DNA from: Planctomycetes bacterium UBA1146
GTDB taxonomy: Bacteria; Planctomycetota; UBA8108
NCBI GenBank assembly: GCA_963579555.1
Contig: CAUZHA010000009.1
Span: 2,432 to 66,431, forward strand
Length of the DNA stretch: 64,000 nucleotides
Reading direction: 5' to 3'
Shown here: positions 19,972-30,031 of the stretch, piece after piece
Layout: every line of letters starts with the position of its first letter
Position numbering within the stretch: the first letter of the stretch is position 1
Program-made: the position numbers and the translations under genes
Notes under the pieces: generated by a model
Told to the model about the DNA's origin: nothing
The model's database searches: none
What the model saw: the letters and a program-made list of their open reading frames with translations, nothing else

Positions 19972-21510
19972 TTGAGAGAAGACTTCGGGGAGCGAAATAT
20001 GCATCTGGACGGGGAGACTGCCGGCATCCTCTTTGAAAGAGGGGATGGCCTGACCTACAACGATTTCATCATTCTGCCCGGACATATTGACTTCGCCGCG
20101 TCGGACGTCGAACTCTCGACGCACATCACCCGCCGAATTGCCCTCAAGAACCCCATCTGCAGCTCGCCGATGGACACCGTCACCGAGAGCCAGATGGCCA
20201 TTGGAATGGCGCTCCTTGGCGGAATCGGGATTATCCACTACAACAACACTCCCGAAGCCCAGGTGGCTGAGGTTGCCAAGGTCAAGCGGTTTGAAAACGG
20301 CTTTATTACCGATCCGGTCGTCCTCAGCCCGAAGAATGCCATAGCGGATATCGACGCGATCCAGAGCCAGCAGGGATTTTCCGGAATTCCCATTACTGAA
20401 GACGGCACCCTGCAGAGCAAGCTGGTAGGAATCGTCACCAACCGCGACATCGACTTCGAGCCTGATCGTGGACGCCTCCTCGAAGAGGTGATGGTCACCA
20501 GCCTGGTAACCGCCAGCGAAGGAGTGACCCTGAGCGAGGCCAACAACATCCTGCGCGAATCAAAGAAGGGCAAGCTACCCATCGTCGACAGCGAGGGACG
20601 CCTGATATCCCTCGTCTCGCGAACCGATCTCAAAAAGAACCGGGACTATCCGGAGGCCAGCAAGGACGAGAGCAAGCAGCTGAGAGTCGGAGCGACCATC
20701 TCGACCCAGCTTGCCGACCGCGAGCGTCTCGATGGCCTGGTCGACGCTGGAGTCGATCTCGTCGTTATCGACGCGGCGCAAGGCGACTCGGTCTTCCAGA
20801 TCGAGATGATCGAGGAAATCAAGAAAGCCTACCCGGAAGTCGACGTCCTGGCCGGCAACGTGGTCACCACGAGGCAATGCGAACACCTCATCAAGGCGGG
20901 AGCGGACGGCATCCGCATTGGCATGGGACCCGGCTCCATCTGCATCACCCAGGACACCATGGCTGTTGGCCGTGCCCAGGCTACCGCCGTGTACCAATGC
21001 GCCAAGTACTGCAGAACCCGCGGAGTCCCGGTTGTCGCTGATGGCGGCATCAACAATACGGGAGCCCTCGGCAAGGCCCTGGCCCTTGGCGCCAATGTTG
21101 GGATGATGGGCTCGATGTTCGCCGGAACGCAGGAAACGCCGGGAGACTATTTCTACAAAGATGGGATCCGGGTCAAGAAGTACCGGGGCATGGCCTCCGT
21201 AGAGGCGATGGAGCGCGGCGGAGGAAAGCGTTATATGTACTCCAATAAGAACATCAAGGTCGCCCAGGGAGTCTCCGGCCTGGTCGTCGACAAGGGCTCC
21301 GTCTATGACCTGCTCCCCTACCTCTCCCAGAGCCTGCGCCAGTCCTTCCAGGATATGGGGTACAGCACGGTCGAGAGCCTTCACCTTGCCCTGGAGAACG
21401 ATGAGCTCCGCTTCGAGCGACGCACGCCCTCAGCCCAGCGCGAAGGCGGAGTCCACGGATTGATGGCCTACGATGAGCCTTTTCGCGAAGGCGGACGTGA
21501 CCGGCAATAA
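19972..21510 (+). CDS. guaB: Inosine-5'-monophosphate dehydrogenase (long, eukaryote-like form with CBS pair)
   Basis: …[74 protein letters not shown]… then the CBS pair. Catalytic loop …[16 protein letters not shown]… and …[18 protein letters not shown]…. The start may be the second ATG at 19999 (MHLDGET…). Confidence 0.9.
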   Translation: MREDFGERNMHLDGETAGILFERGDGLTYNDFIILPGHIDFAASDVELSTHITRRIALKNPICSSPMDTVTESQMAIGMALLGGIGIIHYNNTPEAQVAEVAKVKRFENGFITDPVVLSPKNAIADIDAIQSQQGFSGIPITEDGTLQSKLVGIVTNRDIDFEPDRGRLLEEVMVTSLVTASEGVTLSEANNILRESKKGKLPIVDSEGRLISLVSRTDLKKNRDYPEASKDESKQLRVGATISTQLADRERLDGLVDAGVDLVVIDAAQGDSVFQIEMIEEIKKAYPEVDVLAGNVVTTRQCEHLIKAGADGIRIGMGPGSICITQDTMAVGRAQATAVYQCAKYCRTRGVPVVADGGINNTGALGKALALGANVGMMGSMFAGTQETPGDYFYKDGIRVKKYRGMASVEAMERGGGKRYMYSNKNIKVAQGVSGLVVDKGSVYDLLPYLSQSLRQSFQDMGYSTVESLHLALENDELRFERRTPSAQREGGVHGLMAYDEPFREGGRDRQ

Positions 21511-21605
21511 CCCATACCCTTGCCGACCCGTCTCCCGCTAGGGTATCTTTTCCTTGGCAGCCAGCCGTCTGGCTGCCTTTCAATGATCTATCTGGATTTA
21601 AATTC

Positions 21606-23144
21606 GTGCCTGAATTTGTCGCAATATTAGACTTCGGTTCTCAATACACGCAGCTGATCGCCCGTCGCGTACGGGAGCATCGCGTCTATTGCGAGATCCT
21701 CAAATACGATACGAGCTGCGAGGAACTGTCTCGTCATCAGCTCAAGGGAATCATACTTTCCGGCGGCCCATCGGGCGTCTACGAGGAAGAGGCTCCTCGC
21801 TGTGATCCAGGCATTTTTGATCTGGATGTCCCGGTCCTGGGAATCTGCTACGGCATGCAGCTTGGCTGCGAGCTTCTCGGCGGCAAGGTGGTCGCCGCGA
21901 ACCACAGGGAATACGGAGCGACCGAGATCGAGGTCAGCGCGGAAGACCCCCTGTTCAACGAAGTGAGCTCCCTGACAACGGTATGGATGAGCCATGGTGA
22001 CCGGGTCACCGAGATCGAGAATGGCTTCGAGACCACTGCGAAAACGGAGAACTGTCCCCACGCCGGCATCTGGCACCGGGAATCCAACTTCCGGGGGATC
22101 CAGTTTCACCCCGAGGTGACGCATACTCCCGAGGGATCCAGGATTCTTCAGAACTTCCTCTTCCCAATCTGCGGATGCAGCGGAGACTGGTCCCTCAGCA
22201 GGTTCATCGATGAAAAAACTGCGGAGCTGAGAGAGACGATCGGGTCCAGGAACGTGGTGCTCGGGCTCTCCGGCGGAGTCGACTCCAGCGTGGTGGCGCT
22301 CCTGCTCGACCGGGCCATTGGAGGCCAGCTGACCTGCATCTTCGTCGACAACGGCGTCCTGAGAAAAAATGAACGTGAGCAGGTCAAGACCATGTTCACC
22401 GACAACTACGATTTCAACCTGCGCGTCGTCGACGCGACAGATCTCTTCCTCGAAAGGCTCGCCGGAATTTTCGACCCCGAGGAGAAGCGCAAGCGAATTG
22501 GAAACACCTTCATCGATGTCTTCAAAGACGAAGCAGACGGGATTGACGATGTTGAGTTCCTTGCCCAGGGCACACTCTACCCCGACGTCATCGAAAGCCT
22601 CTCCCCCATAGGAGGTCCCTCGGCAACCATCAAGAGTCACCACAATGTCGGCGGCCTGCCTGATCAACTCGGCTTCAAGCTGGTGGAGCCCCTCAGGAGC
22701 CTGTTCAAGGATGAAGTCCGCCAGATCGGCAAGGAGCTCGGACTCGCGCCAGAGCTCCTTGAACGCCAGCCCTTCCCCGGCCCCGGACTCGCTGTCAGGG
22801 TTCTTGGCGAGGTCAACGCGGAAAACCTCGAGGTCCTGCGCAACGCTGACGCCATCATCCAGGAAGAGATCGAGAAGTGGGAAAACTACCCGAGCATCTG
22901 GCAGTCCTTTGGAGTCCTGCTCCCTGTACAGACCGTTGGCGTCATGGGTGACCAGAGAACCTATGACAACGTAGTGGCTCTCCGGGTTGTCGAATCTCTC
23001 GATGGAATGACGGCCAACTGGATCCACCTCCCCCAGAACATCCTCTCCACCATCTCCTCCCGTATCTGCAACGAGGTCCATGGCGTCAATCGAGTCGTTC
23101 TCGACATCTCCTCCAAACCTCCATCCACGATCGAATGGGAATGA
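21606..23144 (+). CDS. guaA: GMP synthase (glutamine-hydrolysing)
   Basis: N-terminal GATase (…VLGICYGMQL…HGD…FHPEV…). ATP-PPase motif (VLGLSGGVDSSV). C-terminal dimerisation domain ending …TIEWE. Confidence 0.9.
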   Translation: MPEFVAILDFGSQYTQLIARRVREHRVYCEILKYDTSCEELSRHQLKGIILSGGPSGVYEEEAPRCDPGIFDLDVPVLGICYGMQLGCELLGGKVVAANHREYGATEIEVSAEDPLFNEVSSLTTVWMSHGDRVTEIENGFETTAKTENCPHAGIWHRESNFRGIQFHPEVTHTPEGSRILQNFLFPICGCSGDWSLSRFIDEKTAELRETIGSRNVVLGLSGGVDSSVVALLLDRAIGGQLTCIFVDNGVLRKNEREQVKTMFTDNYDFNLRVVDATDLFLERLAGIFDPEEKRKRIGNTFIDVFKDEADGIDDVEFLAQGTLYPDVIESLSPIGGPSATIKSHHNVGGLPDQLGFKLVEPLRSLFKDEVRQIGKELGLAPELLERQPFPGPGLAVRVLGEVNAENLEVLRNADAIIQEEIEKWENYPSIWQSFGVLLPVQTVGVMGDQRTYDNVVALRVVESLDGMTANWIHLPQNILSTISSRICNEVHGVNRVVLDISSKPPSTIEWE

Positions 23145-23159
23145 GGAGGCTGAAGAGAA

Positions 23160-23645
23160 ATGGCCGATCATGAAGGCAAACCCGATGCCGGCGGAATGAG
23201 CTTTGCCATCGTCGCCTCCCGCTTCAACGACTTCATCGTCGACAACCTGATCCAGGGAGCGACAGGCCGGCTCATGGAGCTTGGAGCAGCGAAAGACGCC
23301 ATCAAGCTCTACCAGGTTCCCGGCGCGTTCGAAATACCAGGAATCGCCCGTAAGCTCATCGACGAGGGCTCCTTCGATGGAATCATCTGCCTCGGAGCGG
23401 TGATCCGGGGAGCGACCCCTCACTTCGACTACGTTGCCGGCGAATCAGCCCGGGAAATCGCCCACCTGGCGGCTCGGAGTCCTGTCCCGGTCATCTACGG
23501 GGTGCTGACGACCGACGATGTAGAGCAGGCCCGCGAAAGGGCCATGCCCAATGACGAGAATAAGGGGACCGAGGCGGCCATCGCGGCTGTGGAAATGGCC
23601 ACCCTGTACGCGGAATTGAAGAGGAGCCTTTCACCCGATGCCTAA
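23160..23645 (+). CDS. ribH: 6,7-dimethyl-8-ribityllumazine synthase
   Basis: …MSFAIVASRFNDFIVDNLIQGA…GAFEIPGIARKLIDEGSFDGIICLGAVIRGATPHFDYVAGE…VIYGVLTTDD…; classic ribH-nusB pairing. Confidence 0.85.
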   Translation: MADHEGKPDAGGMSFAIVASRFNDFIVDNLIQGATGRLMELGAAKDAIKLYQVPGAFEIPGIARKLIDEGSFDGIICLGAVIRGATPHFDYVAGESAREIAHLAARSPVPVIYGVLTTDDVEQARERAMPNDENKGTEAAIAAVEMATLYAELKRSLSPDA

Positions 23646-24090
23646 ACGAAACAGAACCATAGCCCGAGAGATCGCCCTGCAGGCGCTCTTCCAGCAGGAT
23701 CTGACGGGCAGCAAGAAGGAAGACCTCAATGAGCTGCTTGCCGAGGCGGCCGAGGGGGAGCGCGACTACGCACGCGCCCTGGTAATCGGGGTCCTGGAAA
23801 ACAAGCAGGAGCTTGACTCCAGGATCACAGAGGTGACCGACAACTGGAAGCTCGAAAGAATCGCCGCCGTCGACCGCGCAGTCCTTCGCCTGGGGCTCTA
23901 CGAGCTCCTCGAGATGGCCGAGGTGCCGCCCAAGGTGGCCATCAACGAATCCGTCGAGCTGGCGAAAAAATTCTCCACGGAAAAATCCGGCGCCTTCGTC
24001 AACGGCGTCCTGGACAAGATCTACCAGACGATGTCAGCCGGGCGAAAATCCTCGCCTGGAGAAGAAAACAACCACGATTCGGAGGCCTGA
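23638..24090 (+). CDS. nusB: Transcription antitermination factor NusB
   Basis: …RTIAREIALQALFQQDL… …LERIAAVDRAVLRLGLYELLEMAEVPPKVAINESVELAKKFSTEKSGAFVNGVLDKI…; 8-nt overlap with ribH. Confidence 0.85.
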   Translation: MPKRNRTIAREIALQALFQQDLTGSKKEDLNELLAEAAEGERDYARALVIGVLENKQELDSRITEVTDNWKLERIAAVDRAVLRLGLYELLEMAEVPPKVAINESVELAKKFSTEKSGAFVNGVLDKIYQTMSAGRKSSPGEENNHDSEA

Positions 24091-24093
24091 GAG

Positions 24094-25230
24094 ATGGCAT
24101 GGTTCAAGCGCTGGAGATCCGGCAAGAAGGAAGAGCCCGAAACCGGGCAGCAGGAGATCCCCCCAGCAAAGCCAGCCGATCCTCCCGCGGAACTTCCAGC
24201 GGCAGAGGAGCAGCCTGAACGACCGGCTGAAGCCGTCCCCCCGCCGCCGCAGGAATCTCCCCCACCAGAGAAGGAACCTGGAGAAAAAAAACTGTCCGCC
24301 TGGTCCATCCTGCGCAGGGGGCTCGCCAAGACCCGAAAAAGCATCGCCGGACTGTTCAGCCTTGGAGGAAAAGTCGATGAGGGCATGATCGATGAGATCG
24401 AGGCCGGCCTCTACGCAGCCGACTTCGGCCCGGAGACCGTAGCCGAGCTGATCGACGGAGAGGGAGGCCTCCGCTCCGCCTGGAAGGAAAACAAGTTCAC
24501 CCAGTCCGGAGAAGTTCGCGACTATCTCAAGAATCTCCTGAAGAACAACCTCAAAAAGCGTGACAACAGCCTCCTTCAGGCCGAGACGAAGCCGACCGTG
24601 ATCCTGGTCTCAGGAGTCAACGGAACCGGCAAGACCACCAGCATCGCGAAGCTGTCCAACCGGCTCACCTCCTCAGGAAAGACGGTCATCCTGGCAGCGG
24701 CCGACACCTTTCGAGCGGCCGCGGTCGAGCAGCTGACCATCTGGAGCCAGAGGCTCGGCATCGAGATCGTCACGGGGGAGGCAAACTCCGACCCGGCCTC
24801 GGTAGCCTACAGAGCCGCGGAGCGGGCGGTGGAACTCGACGCGGACTACCTGATCGTGGACACGGCGGGTCGACTCCATACCCAGGTCAACCTGATGAAG
24901 GAGCTGTCCAAAATTCGAAACGTTCTCGACAATAAGATCAGCGGCGCCCCGCACGAATCACTCCTCGTGCTGGATGCGACCACGGGCCAGAACGCCCTGA
25001 CGCAGGCTTCGAACTTCCTCGAGGCTGTTGACATCAGCGGGATCGTCCTGACAAAGCTTGATGGAACCGCCAAGGGCGGGATCGTGATCGCCATCAACAA
25101 CCGCCTGCAGATTCCAGTCAAATTTGTCGGTGTAGGTGAGCAGATAGACGACCTCCAGGTCTTCGAGCCCGACGGCTTTGTCGATGCGTTGCTCGACTCG
25201 GCCGAAGAGCCGACAGAAGAACCCGACTGA
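24094..25230 (+). CDS. ftsY: Signal recognition particle receptor FtsY
   Basis: Acidic/Pro-rich N-terminus then NG domain: …VILVSGVNGTGKTTSIAKL…VILAAADTFRAAAVEQL…DTAGRLH…LTKLDGTAKGG…. Confidence 0.9.
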   Translation: MAWFKRWRSGKKEEPETGQQEIPPAKPADPPAELPAAEEQPERPAEAVPPPPQESPPPEKEPGEKKLSAWSILRRGLAKTRKSIAGLFSLGGKVDEGMIDEIEAGLYAADFGPETVAELIDGEGGLRSAWKENKFTQSGEVRDYLKNLLKNNLKKRDNSLLQAETKPTVILVSGVNGTGKTTSIAKLSNRLTSSGKTVILAAADTFRAAAVEQLTIWSQRLGIEIVTGEANSDPASVAYRAAERAVELDADYLIVDTAGRLHTQVNLMKELSKIRNVLDNKISGAPHESLLVLDATTGQNALTQASNFLEAVDISGIVLTKLDGTAKGGIVIAINNRLQIPVKFVGVGEQIDDLQVFEPDGFVDALLDSAEEPTEEPD

Positions 25231-25254
25231 GAAGATCAGCCGCCTGCCCTGGGA

Positions 25255-28200
25255 TCAGAATCCGAACGGCAGACAGCCAGCCTCGTCCAACCTGAATGGA
25301 AGACTCAGGCTCTGGATGGACTGGGTCTCTCCGGTGCCGTACTTCGACTGGAAGTAGACTCGGAACCGTACGTACCTCGTCCCCTCCAGCTTGCGCGGAT
25401 CCCGCACGAAGCCTGTCAGTTCGCCAGCCTGGCCATGGACATCGAGACTCTCGCCGGCGCTTTCCCAGACGACAATGGCCCGGGTTCCGGGAGGCTGCTG
25501 GAAGGTATTGTAGTCCACTCGGGCTCCATCCAGAAGCAGCGCGTGATTCGAAGCGGCGCGGCCGGGGCCGACACCGATTCGATAGATCTTCGAGACCGCG
25601 ACGGACTCGACGATGTCGGTCAGGAACGGGCCGGTCGTCACACTCGGGTTCACACCTTGCGAGCGAATTCTCGAAGAAGGCGAGTACTCGATACGAATTC
25701 GGCCATTTGAAGAGGGACCTCCCAGGCCGCCAAAAGGCGTACCCGTAAGGGCCGGGGCGGTATTCGTCGACGCGGCTCGAATATTGCCCTCGTAGAGACG
25801 GACACCGCTGGAGAAGAAGGGAGGCAATTGGTTGGCCTGGCCCGCGGTCACGTCAAACTGGACTCCGCTCTCCAGGGTAATCGTATTCTGAACTTGCAGG
25901 AAGATCGTCCCGCCCGCCCCGGCACCGCCATTTCCGGCGAGATCGAGGGACTGATAGGCATCTCCTCCGCGAGACACAAGCCGCGCGCTCGAACGCAGGT
26001 AGAGATCCTGCGCAACGATATGGAGGATTCCTCCACCTCCTCCGCCACCGGTACCCGGAGCGTAGAGGGCCTCTCCCTTATAGGGGTAATTACCGATGAT
26101 GCTTTCGTTGCGGTACGCTCGGCTGATATTGGCGCTGCCGCCGCCGCCGCCGCCGCCCATACCGCCAACAAGGGCGAGCTGGGGAGCCTGTCCAAGCAGC
26201 GTCAGGCGCTGGTTGGGGAAGTTGACTGTGTCGCCACCCTGGCCGGCGAGCTGGCCGGCAAGGCCTCCGTTACCCGGCAGGAGCTTGACATCTCCATCCT
26301 GGCCGGCCTGGCGATTTCCACCGCCGCCGCCGCCGCCGCCGGACTCGAAGCAGTCGAAGCCGCAGGTCCGTCCTGGGAGGCTGCCGCCGCCGGTGGAGCC
26401 ATCAATGTTCGGCAATCCCGGCCTGAAAACCAGGGGAAGACCATTGAGAGTCGTGATCAGGTTCGGAAGGACCGAGGCCTCTCCTCGGGTTACCTGGGTA
26501 TTTCCCGCGCTGCGATTGTTGGGGTTGCCATCTGCATGGGATATCATTCCGCCCGCACCGCCACCGCCCCCGCCGGCTCCGGGTACGCCGCCAAGACCGA
26601 ACAGGGGAGTCTCTCCTCCCCCGATAAAGCGGAGCGCGCCGCCGACGCCGCCGGATGTATCGATCGTCCCGGCGATCTCGGCATAGTCTTTTACCGAGAT
26701 GGTCAACGGGTTGGGACCTGTCGCCCTCAGGACAACATCCTCGTCGATAATGAGCGCCGAGAGATCCAGGAAGCCGGGATTGAGATCCGACTCCCGGGTT
26801 TCCTTGACGATATTTCCAACAGGGGAGCGCAGGATGCTCGTAGTTGTATCGAAAGTCCAGACCGAGATGGGACGACCCGTGATTTCGTCCAGAAGGATCT
26901 CTCCAGTATTCGGATCGAGACTCTGGATAAACCGAAGGTGAACCACTCCATCTCTGCCGCGACCGAAGGAGGGCTCTTCAGAAGCCTCGATAAATCCTCC
27001 GTTCTCGAGCACAGCGGGATCTGTGGCTGGCTCGATGGTGCTTGGATAAACAAATACCATCGTATTCGAGGAGTGAGACGTTCTCGTGCCCTGGACCGCC
27101 CGGGTAAGACCTGTGAAGGTACTTGCCGTCTTTCCGCCGTAGCCAATGACCTCCTCCTCAATCTTGACGAATCCCGCAGACGGGAAAGCCTGGGTAGATT
27201 GCACGCGGATCGACTGGTTACGGTTATTGGAGCCGCTCAGGGTCGAGGTGAGACGCGTCGTGGCCTGCAAGGTCATGCAGAAAGGAGTTCCTCCAGTTCC
27301 GCTCTCGAGACGAATGAACCCGTCGCCTCCAGTTCCTGAGCCGCCCGAGCGGTTTTGCCCGTTGGAGGGGCCTCCGCTGCCGGCCGCGCCGCCCCTTACC
27401 TGAAGGCTGTCACAGCTGGTGACATCGACGGAGCCCGTGGCTCGCAGATGAATCGAACCACCGCTGCCGCCTCCTCCTGCCCCACCATTCGTGGTGCCCG
27501 CGGGCGCCTCTCCAGGGGGGACTCTGCCGGAACCGCCGGCGCCGCCATTGGCCAGGATGGATCCGATGACGACAACGCTGCCGCGGGCGGTAAGCCGCAT
27601 GGCTCCACCTCCGCCGCCACCGCCGCCGCCGCCGGTCGAGGCGAACTCAGCACCCATGGAAACGCGGGAAAGACTGGCGCCACCGCCGCCGCCGCCGGAG
27701 CCGGCGGTGAGGGGAATCTGCAGAGCGTTGCCTCGAGCAACTCCTCCCTTGCCTACACGCGGCTGGATAAAACCTGAAATGTTCGTTGTTCCGTAATCAC
27801 CGTCGCCACCGCGAACGCGATGCCCGCCGCCGCCTCCAGGCGCGCCGGCAAAGGTTGAGTTGCGGGCCGTGTCCGGGTTGACCGCAGCCGGGGTCGTTCC
27901 GCCGCCGCCGCCGTTAACGCCGTCCGTGGCAGGCTCGAGAAGCTGAACGGCCGCTGAGGTCGCTCCAGTGAGCTGCATGAGAGCTCCATCTCCGCCCTCA
28001 CCGCCGCCAGCAATTCCCTCGCCTCCGGAACCGCCGACAAGTGAACCATCCGCTCCGGCGCCTCCGTTGAGATCAAGAAGACCGAGGATGGTAAAGACCG
28101 GGTCGGTATCGGAAACGCTGTTGTCGCCGCCAGAGCAGCGAATCACCAGGGGCTCGACCCCCTGCACAAAGACCGTGGTCTGTGGGGAGATGGTGAAATT

Positions 28201-29943
28201 GGCGAAGTGGAATTCGCCGAATTCTTCTCCAGGATTACCCACCCTGTTTCCATCTGGAGTGCCATCATCAGTCAGAATGAAGGTACTTGACTCCTCGACT
28301 ATGACCGCGGGCTCGCCCTCGAGAGCGACGTTCCTGAGAAGAATATGGGTGACATTGAGACGATCGGTATCGATCAGATAGTACTGGCCGGTGATCGTAT
28401 CAGGATCGAGGAAATTTTCCGTCGGCAGTACCTCCAGGTCGACCTGGGCAAGGCCCTGGCCAAACTGGTAGTCATCATCTGTCGAGGTCCGGCCCTCGAG
28501 AAGCCCGGGGTTGTAGGGAGCGCCCCAGCTGGCATCGGTCTCGTTCCTGTCAAGGTTGGTATCGTTATCGAACGACTCCGTGATCTCAGCGGATCTCCAG
28601 TCGGAAACCGGATCTTCCGGGCGATCTTCGAGCCAGTAATAGATAAACGAGGGCGCCATGAAGGTATGCGAATTGAAATCACGGTCACCCGCATCGGGAA
28701 CGGGACGAACCCGGAAATGAACCGTCCAGTGTCTCGGGGGAGAGATGCCGGCCTCGACAGTCTCATTCAAGTCCCTGAAAAGAGGATCGCATTGGGCGTC
28801 CCATACGAAGGTCCGATGGAGGCCGCTGGAAGGCAGCATGCGCTTACCGAGGTACTTATGCTGAATCGTTCCGCAGGTAATCTCAAACTTGCCGTCGTTC
28901 GCAGGATCTTCGTCGCGCGGCTTCGCCGGCTGCCACTCAAGCTCCCCGAGGGGATTGTCAACAGCCCATTCAAACTCCATGGTATAGGATGCATCGACCA
29001 CCAGTTCGTAGCAGGTGTAGTCAATTCGGACGGATCCGGTCGCGATCCCGGTGGGGCCTCGCATTCCGTTGACAACCGCACCGATGACCTCGATGAGGTT
29101 CTCATTGGCGACCGGGATCTCTACCCTGTTCGAAGAGCCAGAACTGCTCCTGGCGACAATGCCGAGATTCTCCCGCGGCAAAGCGAAAGGGAAAGAGAAG
29201 TTGTTATTGCCCGTGGCCCCATGATTGAGAACGAATGAAAAGGATTCATAGCCGGAAGGAACGCCGCCGGGAACAAAGGCCCCGGTGGCCTGGTTACGAA
29301 TAAAGGTGCTCGCAGGCACGCGGGCGGTGTTGCCGCCGCCATCATCCAGATCAAGATAGGCTACGTCGGTGAGATTGATACCGTAAATGTTGACCCGGCT
29401 GTTCTCCTGGAAGCGTGAGAGCAACGGTATGTAGACAACATATTCATCCTCTTCATTCGCTCCGAGCGTAACGGCGTAGATAGAGGGACACGCGTCAAAA
29501 CCGACGGCCCCGGCCGACACGCCATGGCAGAGCATCTCGATATTACCAGAGGTCACGCCAGTGGGGACAATGACCTCGAGATAGGACTCAACGGTGGCGC
29601 TGTTTGCATCCACGCGAAGATTGACCACGTCAAGCGGCATGCCTTCGATCGCTCCGTTGCCTCCGGAGAAGAGAACCTGGTGGCTCTCGATCTCATCGGC
29701 GAAATTGAATCCGTTGAGACGGATAATGGTTCCCGGGCAGAGGGGATCCTCATCGTTGCCCACCCCTACGCGCTCGTAATTGAGCAAAACGCAGGCGGTA
29801 AGGTCACCGATCACGGGATCCGGTTCTTCCCAAGGGAAGCCCCCTCCTCCACTATTCGACTGGTCCCAGGAGAGATCGCACCCCCCGACGAAGAGAGAAG
29901 CCCCCAATAGGGCGATGATAATGAAGAGGCTATTCCGGTTCAT
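25255..29943 (-). CDS. Giant (1562 aa) glycine-rich secreted lipoprotein with IPT/TIG-like N-terminal region and long poly-Gly/GGxGG repeat zones
   Basis: N-terminus MNRNSLFIIIALLGASLFVGGCDLSW (lipobox-like VGGC). Dozens of G-runs (GGGGGGGGG, GGSGGEG…). Its 24-nt gap to ftsY is convergent. Function unknown. Confidence 0.6.
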   Translation of the reverse strand: MNRNSLFIIIALLGASLFVGGCDLSWDQSNSGGGGFPWEEPDPVIGDLTACVLLNYERVGVGNDEDPLCPGTIIRLNGFNFADEIESHQVLFSGGNGAIEGMPLDVVNLRVDANSATVESYLEVIVPTGVTSGNIEMLCHGVSAGAVGFDACPSIYAVTLGANEEDEYVVYIPLLSRFQENSRVNIYGINLTDVAYLDLDDGGGNTARVPASTFIRNQATGAFVPGGVPSGYESFSFVLNHGATGNNNFSFPFALPRENLGIVARSSSGSSNRVEIPVANENLIEVIGAVVNGMRGPTGIATGSVRIDYTCYELVVDASYTMEFEWAVDNPLGELEWQPAKPRDEDPANDGKFEITCGTIQHKYLGKRMLPSSGLHRTFVWDAQCDPLFRDLNETVEAGISPPRHWTVHFRVRPVPDAGDRDFNSHTFMAPSFIYYWLEDRPEDPVSDWRSAEITESFDNDTNLDRNETDASWGAPYNPGLLEGRTSTDDDYQFGQGLAQVDLEVLPTENFLDPDTITGQYYLIDTDRLNVTHILLRNVALEGEPAVIVEESSTFILTDDGTPDGNRVGNPGEEFGEFHFANFTISPQTTVFVQGVEPLVIRCSGGDNSVSDTDPVFTILGLLDLNGGAGADGSLVGGSGGEGIAGGGEGGDGALMQLTGATSAAVQLLEPATDGVNGGGGGTTPAAVNPDTARNSTFAGAPGGGGGHRVRGGDGDYGTTNISGFIQPRVGKGGVARGNALQIPLTAGSGGGGGGASLSRVSMGAEFASTGGGGGGGGGGAMRLTARGSVVVIGSILANGGAGGSGRVPPGEAPAGTTNGGAGGGGSGGSIHLRATGSVDVTSCDSLQVRGGAAGSGGPSNGQNRSGGSGTGGDGFIRLESGTGGTPFCMTLQATTRLTSTLSGSNNRNQSIRVQSTQAFPSAGFVKIEEEVIGYGGKTASTFTGLTRAVQGTRTSHSSNTMVFVYPSTIEPATDPAVLENGGFIEASEEPSFGRGRDGVVHLRFIQSLDPNTGEILLDEITGRPISVWTFDTTTSILRSPVGNIVKETRESDLNPGFLDLSALIIDEDVVLRATGPNPLTISVKDYAEIAGTIDTSGGVGGALRFIGGGETPLFGLGGVPGAGGGGGGAGGMISHADGNPNNRSAGNTQVTRGEASVLPNLITTLNGLPLVFRPGLPNIDGSTGGGSLPGRTCGFDCFESGGGGGGGGNRQAGQDGDVKLLPGNGGLAGQLAGQGGDTVNFPNQRLTLLGQAPQLALVGGMGGGGGGGSANISRAYRNESIIGNYPYKGEALYAPGTGGGGGGGILHIVAQDLYLRSSARLVSRGGDAYQSLDLAGNGGAGAGGTIFLQVQNTITLESGVQFDVTAGQANQLPPFFSSGVRLYEGNIRAASTNTAPALTGTPFGGLGGPSSNGRIRIEYSPSSRIRSQGVNPSVTTGPFLTDIVESVAVSKIYRIGVGPGRAASNHALLLDGARVDYNTFQQPPGTRAIVVWESAGESLDVHGQAGELTGFVRDPRKLEGTRYVRFRVYFQSKYGTGETQSIQSLSLPFRLDEAGCLPFGF

Positions 29944-29982
29944 GGATACCCCAGACTCCTTTTTCAGCTACTTGCCGGCAGT

Positions 29983-30031
29983 AAACTGCCATTTCTTACG
30001 GATTTATAAAGTTTACCCAAACTGCCGTTTC
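29983..30031. repeat. Direct repeat AAACTGCC(A/G)TTTC x2, 40-90 bp upstream of the giant Gly-rich gene start (candidate regulator site)
   Basis: Seen directly: copy 1 at 29983-29995 (aaactgccatttc), copy 2 at 30019-30031 (aaactgccgtttc). CCATTTC also recurs at 30031-30037. Confidence 0.3.

Noticed and set aside
21627-23423. 598-aa minus-strand ORF antisense to guaA, and 20575..21384 antisense to guaB
   Set aside because: The plus-strand translations are unmistakable GMP synthase and IMPDH. Long antisense ORFs are expected in high-GC DNA.
25828-27339. 503-aa plus-strand ORF and Pro-rich ORF 26096..26686 (PPPPPP runs) inside the giant Gly-rich gene
   Set aside because: Poly-Pro is the complement of the GGN glycine codons of the minus-strand gene. 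These are antisense artefacts.
26090-28100. Highly repetitive GGC/GCC-rich DNA that could superficially look like a repeat array
   Set aside because: It consists of irregular codon-level glycine repeats inside one long ORF, with no regular repeat-spacer periodicity. It is not a CRISPR array.
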